This document shows positions 29,349 through 39,523 of a DNA stretch of 64,000 nt, one piece after another. The stretch spans positions 323,931 through 387,930 of the forward strand of contig CAWHLH010000003.1 in the NCBI GenBank assembly GCA_963830105.1, in the 5' to 3' direction. Under the pieces are notes generated by a model that worked only from the letters and a program-made list of their open reading frames with translations, did no database searches and was not told the origin of the DNA. Every line of letters begins with the position of its first letter. Within the stretch, counting starts at the first letter, position 1. The stretch comes from an uncultured Gammaproteobacteria bacterium. Its GTDB lineage: Bacteria; Pseudomonadota; Gammaproteobacteria; DATFLG01. The translations under genes were made by a program, and so were the position numbers.

Positions 29349-29399
29349 ATAAATTAAAGTTTAAGTTTTTAACTCTTTTCTTTATTGATCATTTAATCG
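29349..29399 (+). promoter_or_regulatory. ~50-bp AT-rich conserved element, copy C (candidate CbbR operator / cbb promoter element)
   Basis: ATAAATTAAAGTTTAAGTTTTTAACTCTTTTCTTTATTGATCATTTAATCG, 13 nt upstream of the cbbR ATG. Closely similar to two copies upstream of cbbL. Confidence 0.55.
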
Positions 29400-29411
29400 A
29401 CGATGTAGACG

Positions 29412-30326
29412 ATGCCCATTCGACGCGCGACCCTGCATCAGCTCCGGATCTTCGATGCCTTGGCCCAGCACATGAGCATCACCCGCACTGCGCAGATGCT
29501 CCACCTGACACCGCCGGCCGTTTCCATTCAGGTCAAACAGTTAGCCGAGGCGGCAGGTCAGCCACTGGTGGAACAGGTAGGGAAAAAGCTCTATCTCACG
29601 GAAGCGGGCGAAGCCGTCGCTTCGGCCTGCCGCGACGTCTCGGCGCGCATGGAACGGCTTGTCCAGGAGCTGGCTGCGATCCAGGGGCTCGAGAAAGGCA
29701 CCCTCAGCGTTTCCATTCTCACCACCGCCAAGTACTTTGTGCCGCAACTGCTGGGCCAACTGAGCGCGCAGCATCCCGGCATCGAGGTCTCACTTTTCGT
29801 TGGCAACCGCAAGGCGATTCTCGATCGGCTCGCCCACAATCAGGATGATCTGTACATCCTCGGTCAGCCTCCCGAGAACCTGGGCGTCGTCACCCTGCCC
29901 TTCGCGCCGAATCCCCTGGTCGCTATTGCCCACCCGGAACACCCGTTGGCCGGAAAGAAGAATATTCCGCCGCAGCGCTTGGCCGAAGAGCCGTTCATTG
30001 CACGGGAACAGGGCTCGGGTACCCGCCTGGGGTGCGAGGCCTTCTTCCGGCGCCATGACACTACACCACGGGTGCGAATGGAGCTTGGCAGCAACGAAGC
30101 CATCAAACAGACGGTGGCGGGGCGACTGGGCATTTCCATCATCGCAAAGATCACTGTTGAAGCGGAGATCGCCCGAGGCAACCTCGCCATTCTGGACGTT
30201 GAAGGCCTACCCCTCGAACGCCAGTGGCACCTGGTCCATCCCGAGCACAAAATCCTGGCGCCGGCGGCGCTAGCGTTCAAGGACTTCCTTCTGTCCCAGC
30301 ACATCGGCGAGGACGCTCAAGCATAG
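29412..30326 (+). CDS. cbbR: LysR-family transcriptional regulator, probable RuBisCO operon regulator CbbR
   Basis: 304 aa. N-terminal LysR HTH (LHQLRIFDALAQHMSITRTAQMLHLTPPAVSIQVKQLAE). Bounds the carboxysome supraoperon and is divergent from a Calvin-cycle-type aldolase gene. Confidence 0.8.
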   Translation: MPIRRATLHQLRIFDALAQHMSITRTAQMLHLTPPAVSIQVKQLAEAAGQPLVEQVGKKLYLTEAGEAVASACRDVSARMERLVQELAAIQGLEKGTLSVSILTTAKYFVPQLLGQLSAQHPGIEVSLFVGNRKAILDRLAHNQDDLYILGQPPENLGVVTLPFAPNPLVAIAHPEHPLAGKKNIPPQRLAEEPFIAREQGSGTRLGCEAFFRRHDTTPRVRMELGSNEAIKQTVAGRLGISIIAKITVEAEIARGNLAILDVEGLPLERQWHLVHPEHKILAPAALAFKDFLLSQHIGEDAQA

Positions 30327-30883
30327 GCGCACCGTGGCCGCAGTCGGCGGGTCTTTTGCACCATGCGATACGTCGAGCGGTTATTGTTGAATCGCGAAAC
30401 CTGCCCCAGCGGTACCCATCGAACATCATGGGACTCGTCACTGCCCGGCACGGGCAGCCGGTCGTCGATCTCCACGAGAAAACGGACATCGATATGATCA
30501 TGCTCCGGACCCCGATGGCTGGCCGGGATACGATGGATATCGAGATCGAAGATCGGGCCGTCCACCAGGCGGAGTTGGTCCGCATCGATCCCGCTCTCCT
30601 CTGCGGTTTCACGCAGGGCGACCGCCACGATATCGGCCTCGCCGTCGGCGTGTCCTCCCGGCTGAAACCACTGGTCGTGTTTGCGGTGGTGCACCAGGAG
30701 CACCCGTGAGCGATCCGGGTTGACCACCCAGGCGGACCCCGTCACATGGGCCGGCCACAGATCGCAGCGAAAACAATCCGGATGCAGCTCCACAAATGCC
30801 CGCGACCGGTCGATATAGGCCGCCTCCTCCATGAACGGCGTGCGGTGCCGAGCCAATAAGCCGAGTAGTTTCTGGCGATGCAT
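30317..30883 (-). CDS. NUDIX hydrolase
   Basis: Internal ATG at 30883. Nudix box GGHADGEADIVAVALRETAEESG. Last gene of the minus-strand carboxysome-associated string. Confidence 0.8.
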   Translation of the reverse strand: MHRQKLLGLLARHRTPFMEEAAYIDRSRAFVELHPDCFRCDLWPAHVTGSAWVVNPDRSRVLLVHHRKHDQWFQPGGHADGEADIVAVALRETAEESGIDADQLRLVDGPIFDLDIHRIPASHRGPEHDHIDVRFLVEIDDRLPVPGSDESHDVRWVPLGQVSRFNNNRSTYRMVQKTRRLRPRCAYA

Positions 30884-30887
30884 GGCT

Positions 30888-31502
30888 TCACGTACCCGAT
30901 GGGTTGTTGACCGCCGCGATGGCCGCGGCCGCAGCCTCGTCGACGTCCGCCTCACGGCCGGACAGAGTCAGGCGCCCATAGGCACCGACGGCACGCACGT
31001 CGATGAGGGTGATGTTGGCGGCCTTCTCCGCCTGGTTGGCGGCATATACGATGTAGCCGGCCGGTTCGGTTTCCAGGATGAACATGCTCTGTTCGGGCAG
31101 GATCATCGAACCGCGACGGTTCTGCCGGTTGATCAGCACCGTGTGATCCGGCGTCATGCCCCGAATCACCTCCTGCCACGCGATCTGGCAAGGCCGTCGA
31201 TTGCGCACCTGGGCGCCCAGATGCTGGAGTATGACTCCGCCCGCCTCCTGCACGTCGCTCTGATCGCGATGGTGAATGACCATCGAACCGTACGCCCGCT
31301 CAACCACCTGCTGCGCCAGATTCACCCGCGTGGCCTTGAGCGCAATATCGGTCAGCCGATGGATCGCCATACCGGGCGACACCTCCACCCACAGACAAGC
31401 GTCGCCCGGTACGGGCAGGAAACCCTGCGACACCGTGGCCATGTACTCGGCAAGCTGCGGCTGCAACGAGTCGATATAGACGTATGTTCGAAGCTCTATC
31501 AT
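30888..31502 (-). CDS. csoS1D: Carboxysome shell protein CsoS1D (tandem BMC-domain pseudohexamer)
   Basis: ATG at 31502 with GGAAGAG RBS. ~204 aa with two BMC-like halves ([40 protein letters not shown]... and ...[48 protein letters not shown]), closely resembling CsoS1D. Confidence 0.8.
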   Translation of the reverse strand: MIELRTYVYIDSLQPQLAEYMATVSQGFLPVPGDACLWVEVSPGMAIHRLTDIALKATRVNLAQQVVERAYGSMVIHHRDQSDVQEAGGVILQHLGAQVRNRRPCQIAWQEVIRGMTPDHTVLINRQNRRGSMILPEQSMFILETEPAGYIVYAANQAEKAANITLIDVRAVGAYGRLTLSGREADVDEAAAAAIAAVNNPSGT

Positions 31503-31592
31503 CGAAAAAGCTGCTCTTCCAGAAATCCACAACCAGCCCCTGAGCGCGGCTTCGTGTCAATCGGCGATGGCGGTATGAACCCCCGGGGGCAA

Positions 31593-31919
31593 TCAGCCGC
31601 TGAATTTCACCAACCGGGTGATCTGAATATCGGAGATGAATACCACACCGGAATGTTCGTTATAGAAAGGCGCAAGACCCTCCAGGATCGGCTTGACCAA
31701 CTCTTCCGGGACTGCCGCAATGATCATGACCAGCACGTCGTCCTCATTGAACATGAGGTGGCCTTCGTGAAATCCGTGACTGCCCTTGCCCGAAAGATTA
31801 TTGATGATCGTATAACCCTTGACCCCCGCCCGGTCCAGGATGTCGGTGGCAAACCCCTGGTGTTCGCCACCCAGAATGATTTCAAGCTTCTTGAGCGGGC
31901 TGAAATTCAGATTGTGCAT
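31593..31919 (-). CDS. P-II-like signal-transduction family protein (SbtB/DAB-associated type)
   Basis: 108 aa. AGGAGA RBS. PII-fold length and sequence ([12 protein letters not shown]..., T-loop region [10 protein letters not shown]). Sits directly downstream of the dabA remnant, as in DAB operons. Confidence 0.65.
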   Translation of the reverse strand: MHNLNFSPLKKLEIILGGEHQGFATDILDRAGVKGYTIINNLSGKGSHGFHEGHLMFNEDDVLVMIIAAVPEELVKPILEGLAPFYNEHSGVVFISDIQITRLVKFSG

Positions 31920-34900
31920 GATTCGGTCTTCTCCTCGACGAAAGCCGGTTCGGGGCGCCCCACATGCGGGGCTTGGTCCACTGACCTTCCTCGTACACCT
32001 TCACGTCCCCCTGTTCCGGGTCGATGATCACCAGCCGGATCCAACCGTTGCGGACCAGCGCTTTCACGGCGGGCACACTCTCCACCGCCCGCCAGGCATG
32101 CTCAAACGGCGCCTCGATCACCGTGATCAGACGCAGCGGCTCATGGTAGGGGAGTCCACCGTCGAGAACGGTCTGCGCCGGCAGGCCGGTGCGCAGGTCG
32201 CTCAGATTCCCCGTCATCACACCGAAGCGACCGGCCACGTTGTGGTAGACCTTGCTGCCGCTGCCGAAACGCTCGTTGTCAACGGTGGAAAAGTAGTGCT
32301 CCATGTTGATCCATTGGCCGACCACCAACGGACCGGTAAGTATGTTCTCCAGCAACCTGCGCTTGGGATCGACGCGATAGTCGTAGGAATGCAGAAACGC
32401 ACGGCCCTCCAATGACATCGACTGGGTCAGGGCTCGACGGCCGATGACGAAGTACGCGTTGCCCGCCAGGCCCCATTCCGGACGCACCTGAGACCAGTCC
32501 ATGGCGTTGCGCTGGGCGTCCTTGAATGCTTCGCCCGGCTCCGGCGAACCTGCGTCCATCTGCAGAGCTGGCATGCGCTCCTGTGTGCAAAGACGGGACG
32601 CTGCCGTAAAACCCTTGCGCAGCCGATCCATGTACAGCACGTGGGACGGGGGCATCCTGTCCAGGTCGAACAGTTGCAGGCCGTCGGTCGTGGTGTCGTG
32701 GAGGGCGGGTACGAACGATGCATCGTCGGGGATATCAATGCCCTGTTCGCGCAGCCTGTGGCGCACCTCCGCCTTGTTCGCCATCTGCGCAAGAGCCCGG
32801 GCGTTGACCAGTCCGTGGTTACCTCCGCAGGCGCCGCAATCGAGTGCCGATTCGTAGGGATTGTTCTCGGAGGTGCTGCCATGCCCGACCAACAGGATGA
32901 ATCGGGAGAAGCCCGCCGTCAAACCTATGGAACGCAGCGCCTGTCCGACGAAACCGACCTGTTCGTCGAGGCTGAAACCCAGTCGCGCAAGCCGTTCCAT
33001 CTGTAGCTGGGCAAAGGACTGATCGATGCGATAGACCCGTCGCAGGCGCTCGATGAATGCCCGCTCTGCCGCTCGTCCACGTCGAGCGATTTCGCCAGCG
33101 CCGGGGCCCTGGCCGATTGCCCAGGGCCGATTCGCGAAATTCGCGGACGAGTGCATCGTTGATCCCTTCGGCCTCAAGGCCGAATTCTTGCTCCACCGCC
33201 TTGACGATCACGGCCCTTTGGACGGCGCGCACGATCGAATCCGCCTGCTCCCGGGTGAGCTTGTCGAGCAGCAGACGGGTAAGCGGCTTGCTCCATGCAG
33301 ACGCTGACGCCAGCGGTTGTAGCGGGCGGGATCAGGTCTTGCCGACCAGATCCAGACCAAACAACAAACCAATGGCCTCGACGGTGACAAACGGAGTGAG
33401 CACGGATTCCTTGAGCTCGTGCAAGACTTCTCCAGAGCGGTAAGGCGCCGGCATCCGCTTTACCTCCGAGATGGCCATTTCCAGAACGAGATTCTTAGGC
33501 GTCAGCAATACCGGGCAGAGATGGATCTCACTGCCCTTGCCCAATTCCATGAAGCTCACCGGCACGCCGAAAAAGCCCGCGATACCGTAGGTCTGGTAAT
33601 CGCCCACATTCTCCAGATGCCGACGGATTCTCTCGGAGCGGGTATCGATGCAAAACAGGGCCTGCGCGAACGGGCGCTTCTCCCGCGCAACGGCTGGCTG
33701 GTAACTGACACCATTGAGCAGGCGGTGCATCGCGCTCTGTTCCAGGGCCCGCAGCCAGATCATGCCTTCGCCTTGCTCGAATTCGCGAAGCGTGTCCAAT
33801 AGCCTGCGCAGCCCCTCCGTGGACAGATGCTGAAGCGCCTCGGGTTGACCCGCCTTGCGCGCCAGTTCCGCAAGCCGCCGCCCCTGGCATTCGGCCTCAT
33901 CAGAGCCGCTTCTGCGCTACATACTCGGAAAATAGCCGTTGAATTGTCCGAGGCCGACCGCCTGCCAGTGTCTGCTGACCCCGAGCGGCCAGGGCCGGCG
34001 ACGCCGAACCGCCATGCAGTTCGTGGCGAAGGTAGGTTTCCCTGGGCCGTTGCTCGATAGCTGCCATCACACTGGCTGCGCTGGCGGCGATTCCCTTGCG
34101 TCCCCGCTCGCTCGACGGCGCGACAGCAAGGGTCAGTCGCACTGCCATCAGGTCACCAGGTCCACCGGATAGCGCTCCGCCCGATGATAGTGCTTGGCGT
34201 TGGCCCGCCAGCGGATGAACCCCGCCCAACCATGCAGGCGTGCAAGCTCCCGTGCGAAGTAAGTCACCCACTGATCCTCGGGCACTCCGAGCATCTGCAT
34301 CGGCTGGGAGATGACCGCCTCGGGGCTATCTTCCTTACCGGCGACACGATTGATGTGCAGGCCCCGCAGATACAGACGGCCGTTGCGACTGGCGACATCG
34401 CGCCACGCTGCAAAGAAGCCCTGATTGCGCCCGGGCATACCCCATACGGACTGACCTTCGTCGAAGAAATCCAGGCAACTCTTGATCACCAGCTCGTCTA
34501 GCTCGGAGCCGATTTCAGTGCCATAAAGCGCATAACCGCTTCGTATACCGGGCGGGGCCCAACAACTAGCAGCGCAGCCGATCGGCCAGCGCCTCGCCGT
34601 CGAGCTGCGACGACACGTCCGGGCGGCCGTTCAGGGCGCTGTGTCATCGGGGATCTGCGCCAACGTATTGGCTTGAACGACGGGTAGTCCATCCCTGTCA
34701 GCAAGACTGACAACCAGGTGCGCAAGTCCACCTCGGGCAGCGCCTCCCGGTCCTCCATAAAGCGATTTACGGTGGCCACCAGCTCCGCCTGATCGACCTT
34801 CCCCTGGACCAGGTAACGCTGATAATCGGCCCGTTCAGGAAGCCCTTCGCATGGAACATCCGCCTGCCTTCCTCAACCGCCTCGGAGAATGGCGGATGCT

Positions 34901-34983
34901 CCAAACCGTGAAGCGGATTGTGGTGAATGAACGACCGCATGGGCCAGAAGTACGGAATGGGTTCTCCGGCCAAGTAGATCATG
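31882..34983 (-). pseudogene. dabA: DabA (DUF2309/PF10070, DAB CO2-uptake complex subunit A), fragmented by multiple frameshifts/stop
   Basis: DabA homology spread over at least 5 ORFs in three frames: 34767..35597 (N-terminus IYLAGEPIPYFWPMRSFIHHNPLHGLEHPPF), 34498..34779, 34148..34489, 33332..33799 (ALFCIDTRSE) and 31882..33177 ([22 protein letters not shown]). Frames switch in the order 2, 0, 1, 1 (separated by an in-frame stop), 0. Confidence 0.75.
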
Positions 34984-34999
34984 GCGCAGAACCGACTCT

Positions 35000-35773
35000 T
35001 TGGCCGAGTGGGAGCGTCATACCAGATCCCCCGTGAGCAGGAACCCGCTGACGAGCAGAATGACCAGCACCGCGGTGTAAGCCCAGGTGAAGCCACACTG
35101 AGATCCGGTGCTTCGCTACCGTTGGCCGGACCCACGATCAGTCCTTGAAGCAGGCGCGTTCCCGCCCAGCTCCAGAGCAGCCATACGCCCGCCACGGTCA
35201 GCGCAGCCAACGGCATCGTCGGCGTTATAGCAACGACGGTTGCCAGCATGGCGAAAAAGGTGGGGAACGACGGAGCGGCCACGATCGCCAGTACCACGCC
35301 CACCAGCACGCCGGACATCCGCGGGAGCGTCTGTGCCAGGCCGCCGTACAGACCCGTATAGGCGGCACCGAAACGCTCTTCCAGACGAGCGCCAAGCAGG
35401 GCGAGCAGCATCAGCGGCAGACTGAACCCGAGTGCGTACAAGCGCACCCGGGAAAGGTCCGTGTGAGCAAAGAGCGCAACCCACAGAGCGCCCACGCCGA
35501 GGTGGCCAGGTAGCCGATCCACTGACCCACTTCCCGCAGCCCAATGGCCCGAAAGGCATACAGGGCCGAGGTAAACAAAGCCAGGAACACACACCAATGG
35601 GGAATCGGTCGATTGACCGCATGCACCAGGCTCAAACCGAGTTGGGGCCAGACCAACAGCAGTACGACGCGCAGCGTGGCATTGCGTACCCGACTGAAAA
35701 GCACATTAAAGCCCATGCTCAACGGGAACAACGGCAGAAACAAGCCACCAAACCAGTAGGTCAACGTACTCAT
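35000..35773 (-). pseudogene. Frameshifted gene for a polytopic membrane protein between dabB and dabA
   Basis: Hydrophobic ORF 35411..35773 (MSTLTYWFGGLFLPLFPL...) continues in another frame in the 5' part of ORF 34767..35597 (...LPLMLLALLGARLEE...VLVGVVLAIVAAPSFPTFFAMLATVVAITPTMPLAALTVAGVWLLWSW...). Together ~240 aa, interrupted by a frame change near 35410-35600. Confidence 0.45.
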
Positions 35774-35774
35774 G

Positions 35775-37460
35775 TCAGACCCATCCCAACCAGACGTTCA
35801 GTCGTGTTGCCAGCGCCAACAGCGCCCGGGCGAAGCGGGTAAAGACGTCGGTCAGATAGAACTCCCGAGAAACCAGTGCATAGAAGGCCAGCCACAGTCG
35901 ACCGTGATGCTCGCCTTGGCGGCTTCCGTTCTGTTCCGAATAGTAGGTCAGCACCCAACCCGCCACGATCAACACCGTAACCAGGCCCACCAGGATGTCG
36001 AAGCGCAGCACGCCGATATTGGCCGCCGCATAGATCTGCTGACGGAACGCCTCGTCCGGATAGAGGAACAGATCGAAGGCGTGGCTGATGAGGGTGTAAC
36101 CGAGCACCACGATCGTGAAGGAAAGGATGCTCAGCGTCACCAGTCGCCAGAGGTTTCCGGCCTGCATACGATAGGTGGCGAAGATCAACTGGGCCCCGGT
36201 GACCCAGCCGAAAAACAACAGCACCACGGCGCCCTGTTCCTGGAAATAGTCCTGGCCGACCAGTGAATGGGCCACTATGAGTATGGTCACGGGCACCGCC
36301 AGGGTGATCGCCGCCATCAGCACCCAGGGCCGGCGAACCCTTGCGGGACGTCTCTCCACCACAAAGGTGTAGAGTTCGTCCTTCGGCAACCCGTCGTCCT
36401 TGCGGGCCGCACCGATCGCGCCGCCGGCGCCCAGAAAGAGCGTCCCTTTGAACAAGCCATGGGAAATGAGGTGAAAAATCGCGAGAGAAAATGCCCCCAC
36501 TCCGCATTCCATGATCATGAAGCCCATTTGCCCCATGGTCGAGTAGCCGAGCGACTTCTTGATGTCGTTTTGGGTAAGCATGAGGGTCGACCCGATGAGA
36601 GCGGTGACAAGACCAACGATGAACACCCAAGGCAGCACACCTTCCGTATGGGCGAACACGGGTGCGAAGCGGTTGATCAGAAATCCCCCCGCATTGACGA
36701 TCCCGGCATGCATCAAGGCCGACACGGGGGTGGGCCCGGCCATGGTGTAGGGAAGCCAGGTATGGAGCAGAAACTGCGCCGAGCGCGCAAAGGCGGCCAC
36801 CGCTACCAGACTGGCGACCAAGCCCGTCAATGGCAGTCCGAAAAAGCTGTAGATAACCGGGCCGTGGGCGATGTGAACGAATATCTCAGGCAAGGACCAT
36901 GTACCGAAGGCGTGATAAAGCAGACCTGCGGCGAGCACCAGAGGCAGGTCCCCGAAGCGATAGGTGATAAGCGTCCAGAAGGCATATCGGTGTGCGGCGT
37001 GACTGCGGGTATCCTGCCCCAGCAGAAAGTAGAGCAGGACCCCGATCAAATGCCAGGCGATCAACAGGGTGATCAGGTCCCCGGCGCAAACCATCACCAA
37101 CAGCGTCGCGGTCATGATGTCCAGCAGCACGAAGAAACGTCCATAACCGGCTTCCTCGGCCATGTAGCGCACGGAATAGATGTGCACGATCAGGCTTATG
37201 CCGGCGATAACCGTCGCCATCAGGGAGCTCAGGGGATCGAACAGGAATATGCCCCACGAACCCGCCAGGGAAATCTGACCCGAAGCCCCGTGGGCGACCG
37301 CCGTTGCCAGAACCACGACCGCAAGAGAAAAGGTGACGGCCGCGACAGTAACACTCACACGGGCGACCCGGCGCCCGAGCCGGGCGGACAACAGCTGTAC
37401 CAGCACAGCCGACACCAGGGGCAAAAGCGCGACCATTACGACGAGCTTTTCCATGGTCAT
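35775..37460 (-). CDS. dabB: DabB (NuoL/Mrp-antiporter-like, PF00361) subunit of the DAB CO2-uptake complex
   Basis: 561 aa polytopic membrane protein with complex-I antiporter-like subunit (NuoL/MnhA) features. Encoded directly after mcdB and before the dabA remnant within the cso supraoperon. Confidence 0.8.
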   Translation of the reverse strand: MTMEKLVVMVALLPLVSAVLVQLLSARLGRRVARVSVTVAAVTFSLAVVVLATAVAHGASGQISLAGSWGIFLFDPLSSLMATVIAGISLIVHIYSVRYMAEEAGYGRFFVLLDIMTATLLVMVCAGDLITLLIAWHLIGVLLYFLLGQDTRSHAAHRYAFWTLITYRFGDLPLVLAAGLLYHAFGTWSLPEIFVHIAHGPVIYSFFGLPLTGLVASLVAVAAFARSAQFLLHTWLPYTMAGPTPVSALMHAGIVNAGGFLINRFAPVFAHTEGVLPWVFIVGLVTALIGSTLMLTQNDIKKSLGYSTMGQMGFMIMECGVGAFSLAIFHLISHGLFKGTLFLGAGGAIGAARKDDGLPKDELYTFVVERRPARVRRPWVLMAAITLAVPVTILIVAHSLVGQDYFQEQGAVVLLFFGWVTGAQLIFATYRMQAGNLWRLVTLSILSFTIVVLGYTLISHAFDLFLYPDEAFRQQIYAAANIGVLRFDILVGLVTVLIVAGWVLTYYSEQNGSRQGEHHGRLWLAFYALVSREFYLTDVFTRFARALLALATRLNVWLGWV

Positions 37461-37499
37461 AGATCCCCTCCCCTCAGGTAGCGGTATACAATGACGCCC

Positions 37500-37727
37500 T
37501 CAGTCGGGCCACACGCGGCGCCCGCTCTGGTAAGGATCGCCGCGCTGCTCTCTGGTCCCCTGTGACGACCCCCGGCTCGCGGCCTTCTTTCGGGTGCGCG
37601 GCTGGGGCTTTTGAGCTCGGGGCTGCTTCTGCACGCTTTGTGGTGCCTCGGCCTTGGTTGCCGCAGCCGCCTTGGTCTTGCGCATGGAGTCCACCAGTTT
37701 CTCACCGGTTTTGTCGTTCGCAGTCAT
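37500..37727 (-). CDS. mcdB: Small basic disordered protein, candidate McdB (carboxysome positioning adaptor)
   Basis: 75 aa, Lys/Ala/Gln/Pro-rich low complexity, ends ...RRVWPD with a C-terminal tryptophan. Start overlaps the mcdA stop (ATGA). Position immediately downstream of the ParA-like McdA. Confidence 0.5.
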   Translation of the reverse strand: MTANDKTGEKLVDSMRKTKAAAATKAEAPQSVQKQPRAQKPQPRTRKKAASRGSSQGTREQRGDPYQSGRRVWPD

Positions 37728-38350
37728 TGTGTGACTACCTCATTGATCAGGTTACGGATCTCGGCGGCAGCGGCAGCGCCGCTGCGCCCCATATCCAGCA
37801 CGCTCTTGCCTTCCAGCACACTGGCGCGATAGACGGCCCGTCGGCGAATCGCGGTATCCGCAGCAGGAAACTCCAGTTCGGCGAGGGCTTCCCGAATCAG
37901 GCGGGATAGCCGCGTACGCGGCTCCAGCTGATTGATCACGAGCAGCGCCCTGAGCCCAGGGTTGCTACCGCGCGCTGTCGCCACGGCCTGTTCGATGTGT
38001 ACCGTGGCCCACAGGTCGAGCGGCGAAGGCTGCACCGGTATCAGCGCGATATCGCTGACCGCGAGGGCCACATGAGTCTGGGCTGCGTGTACCGATGGCG
38101 GGCAATCGATAACCACATGCTCATAGAGAACGGCGGTGTCCGCGAAGATGTCTTCGAGGCCGCTTGCGGTATCAATTACCTTTGGTTCCCTGCCGGGCGC
38201 TGCGATGCTTTGCCATTGCAGCGCAGATCCCTGCGGGTCGGCGTCCAACACCACCGTGCGGCCGTTCGTCGCCAGCGTGGCGGCAAGATTGACGGCGAGG
38301 GTCGTCTTACCTGCCCCTCCCTTGTTGCCCACCAATGCAATCACGGCCAT
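37724..38350 (-). CDS. mcdA: ParA/MinD-family ATPase, McdA-type (maintenance of carboxysome distribution)
   Basis: ATG at 38350 with GAGG RBS. Deviant Walker A with signature lysine (LVGNKGGAGKTTLA). ~208 aa. Embedded in the alpha-carboxysome operon. Confidence 0.75.
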   Translation of the reverse strand: MAVIALVGNKGGAGKTTLAVNLAATLATNGRTVVLDADPQGSALQWQSIAAPGREPKVIDTASGLEDIFADTAVLYEHVVIDCPPSVHAAQTHVALAVSDIALIPVQPSPLDLWATVHIEQAVATARGSNPGLRALLVINQLEPRTRLSRLIREALAELEFPAADTAIRRRAVYRASVLEGKSVLDMGRSGAAAAAEIRNLINEVVTQ

Positions 38351-38361
38351 GGGGCGAGGCC

Positions 38362-38625
38362 TCAACCGGTCCCGGCGCCGCGATACAGCTCGTCGAGTTG
38401 CTCGGCGAAACGACGCTGCGTCTCTCCCAGTTCATCCGCGCCTTCTTCGGCGTGAATGGTGAAGTTCGCGTAGTCGCGACCGAATCCGATGTCCGGATAC
38501 AACCCTTCGCGCTCGGACAGGTCCGCTGCACGATCCAGGAAATCACGCAGGGTGGAATAATCCGGAAATCCGTAGCGGCGTTCCAAGCGATTAGGACGTT
38601 TGCGTTCCTGCCATTGGTCACTCAT
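38362..38625 (-). CDS. Pterin-4a-carbinolamine dehydratase-like protein (alpha-carboxysome RuBisCO assembly factor acRAF-like)
   Basis: 87 aa. PCD/DCoH-like (RLERRYGFPDYSTLRDFLDRAADLSEREGLYPDIGFGRDYANFTIH). Canonical position after the bfr-like gene in cso operons. Confidence 0.65.
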   Translation of the reverse strand: MSDQWQERKRPNRLERRYGFPDYSTLRDFLDRAADLSEREGLYPDIGFGRDYANFTIHAEEGADELGETQRRFAEQLDELYRGAGTG

Positions 38626-38637
38626 GGCGCATCTTCT

Positions 38638-39117
38638 CTAAAAGGTGGCGCGCGGCTTTCCACGAACAGGGGCATCGGGCCGCTCCAGGCCTTCGAGCCA
38701 ACCGGCCAGCTCGCGTCCATGAGCCATTTCCTCCTCGAGAAGCGTCGCGAAGAACAGGCGGTTGTCATGATCGCCCTGACGGGCACAGTAGCGGGTGGCA
38801 TCGTCGTACAGCCGCACGAGTTCGTGCTCCAGCATCTGGTCGTGCCGCAACAGCGCCTGCAGGTCGTGTCCAAGCTGCACTGGACGCAGTTGGGATGCGC
38901 TGGGTGCCACACCCACGGCCAACATGCGTGCGATGACCCTGTCCACATGCCCCATCTCTTCGGTTGCTTCGTCGCGCAGTCGGTTGGCCGGTTCGGCCAG
39001 CCCCCAGGTCGCCACCAGTCGCGCCTGGGTGCTGTACTGCTGAACCGCGCTGAACTCGAGGCTCAGCGCTCTGCCGAGATAACCGAGAACACGCTGATCG
39101 GAAAGCCCCTGAATCAT
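38638..39117 (-). CDS. Bacterioferritin-like (ferritin/rubrerythrin-like) domain protein, carboxysome-operon associated
   Basis: 159 aa. Ferritin-like four-helix pattern with E...E..H motifs (EFSAVQQY...EATEEMGHVDR...EHELV...EEEMAHGRE). Confidence 0.7.
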   Translation of the reverse strand: MIQGLSDQRVLGYLGRALSLEFSAVQQYSTQARLVATWGLAEPANRLRDEATEEMGHVDRVIARMLAVGVAPSASQLRPVQLGHDLQALLRHDQMLEHELVRLYDDATRYCARQGDHDNRLFFATLLEEEMAHGRELAGWLEGLERPDAPVRGKPRATF

Positions 39118-39157
39118 GACGACGTATCCGTCAGTTGATCTGTACGCGTGGGCCTAC

Positions 39158-39481
39158 TCAGCTGCGAGCTGGGCGATTGCCGGCCATGGCGTTCTCGCCG
39201 TCGAGCACCGGTTCGACTTCCCGGTGCGGGCGGGCGATGATATGCGCCGCGACCAGACCGTCACCCACGCGTTCGCAGGCGTCGGCCCCGGCACGCACGG
39301 CCGCGTTTATCGCCCCCGTCTCACCACGCACCAGCACGGTGACGTAGCCGCCGCCCACGAACTCGCGTCCGATCAGACGCACCTCGGCGGCCTTGGTCAT
39401 GGCGTCCGCCGCCTCAATGGCGGGCACCAGCCCGCGGGTTTCAATCATGCCGAGCGCAATACCGTAGGTATTGTTGGCCAT
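39158..39481 (-). CDS. csoS1: Carboxysome shell hexamer protein CsoS1 (BMC domain), copy 3
   Basis: ATG at 39481 (MANNTYGIALGMIETRGLVPAIEAADAMTKAAEVRLIGREFVGGGYVTVLVRGETGAINAAVRAGAD...). Canonical BMC-H. Confidence 0.93.
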   Translation of the reverse strand: MANNTYGIALGMIETRGLVPAIEAADAMTKAAEVRLIGREFVGGGYVTVLVRGETGAINAAVRAGADACERVGDGLVAAHIIARPHREVEPVLDGENAMAGNRPARS

Positions 39482-39523
39482 GGCTGGAATCTCCTGTCGC
39501 ACGTAGAGTTTCTAGTAGGTTAC

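Noticed and set aside
35116-35622. 168-aa ORF in the third frame across the dabB-dabA junction
   Set aside because: Arg/Gly/Ala-rich, non-hydrophobic product with no homology. The other two frames carry membrane-protein-like and DabA-like sequence, so this is a GC-driven spurious ORF.
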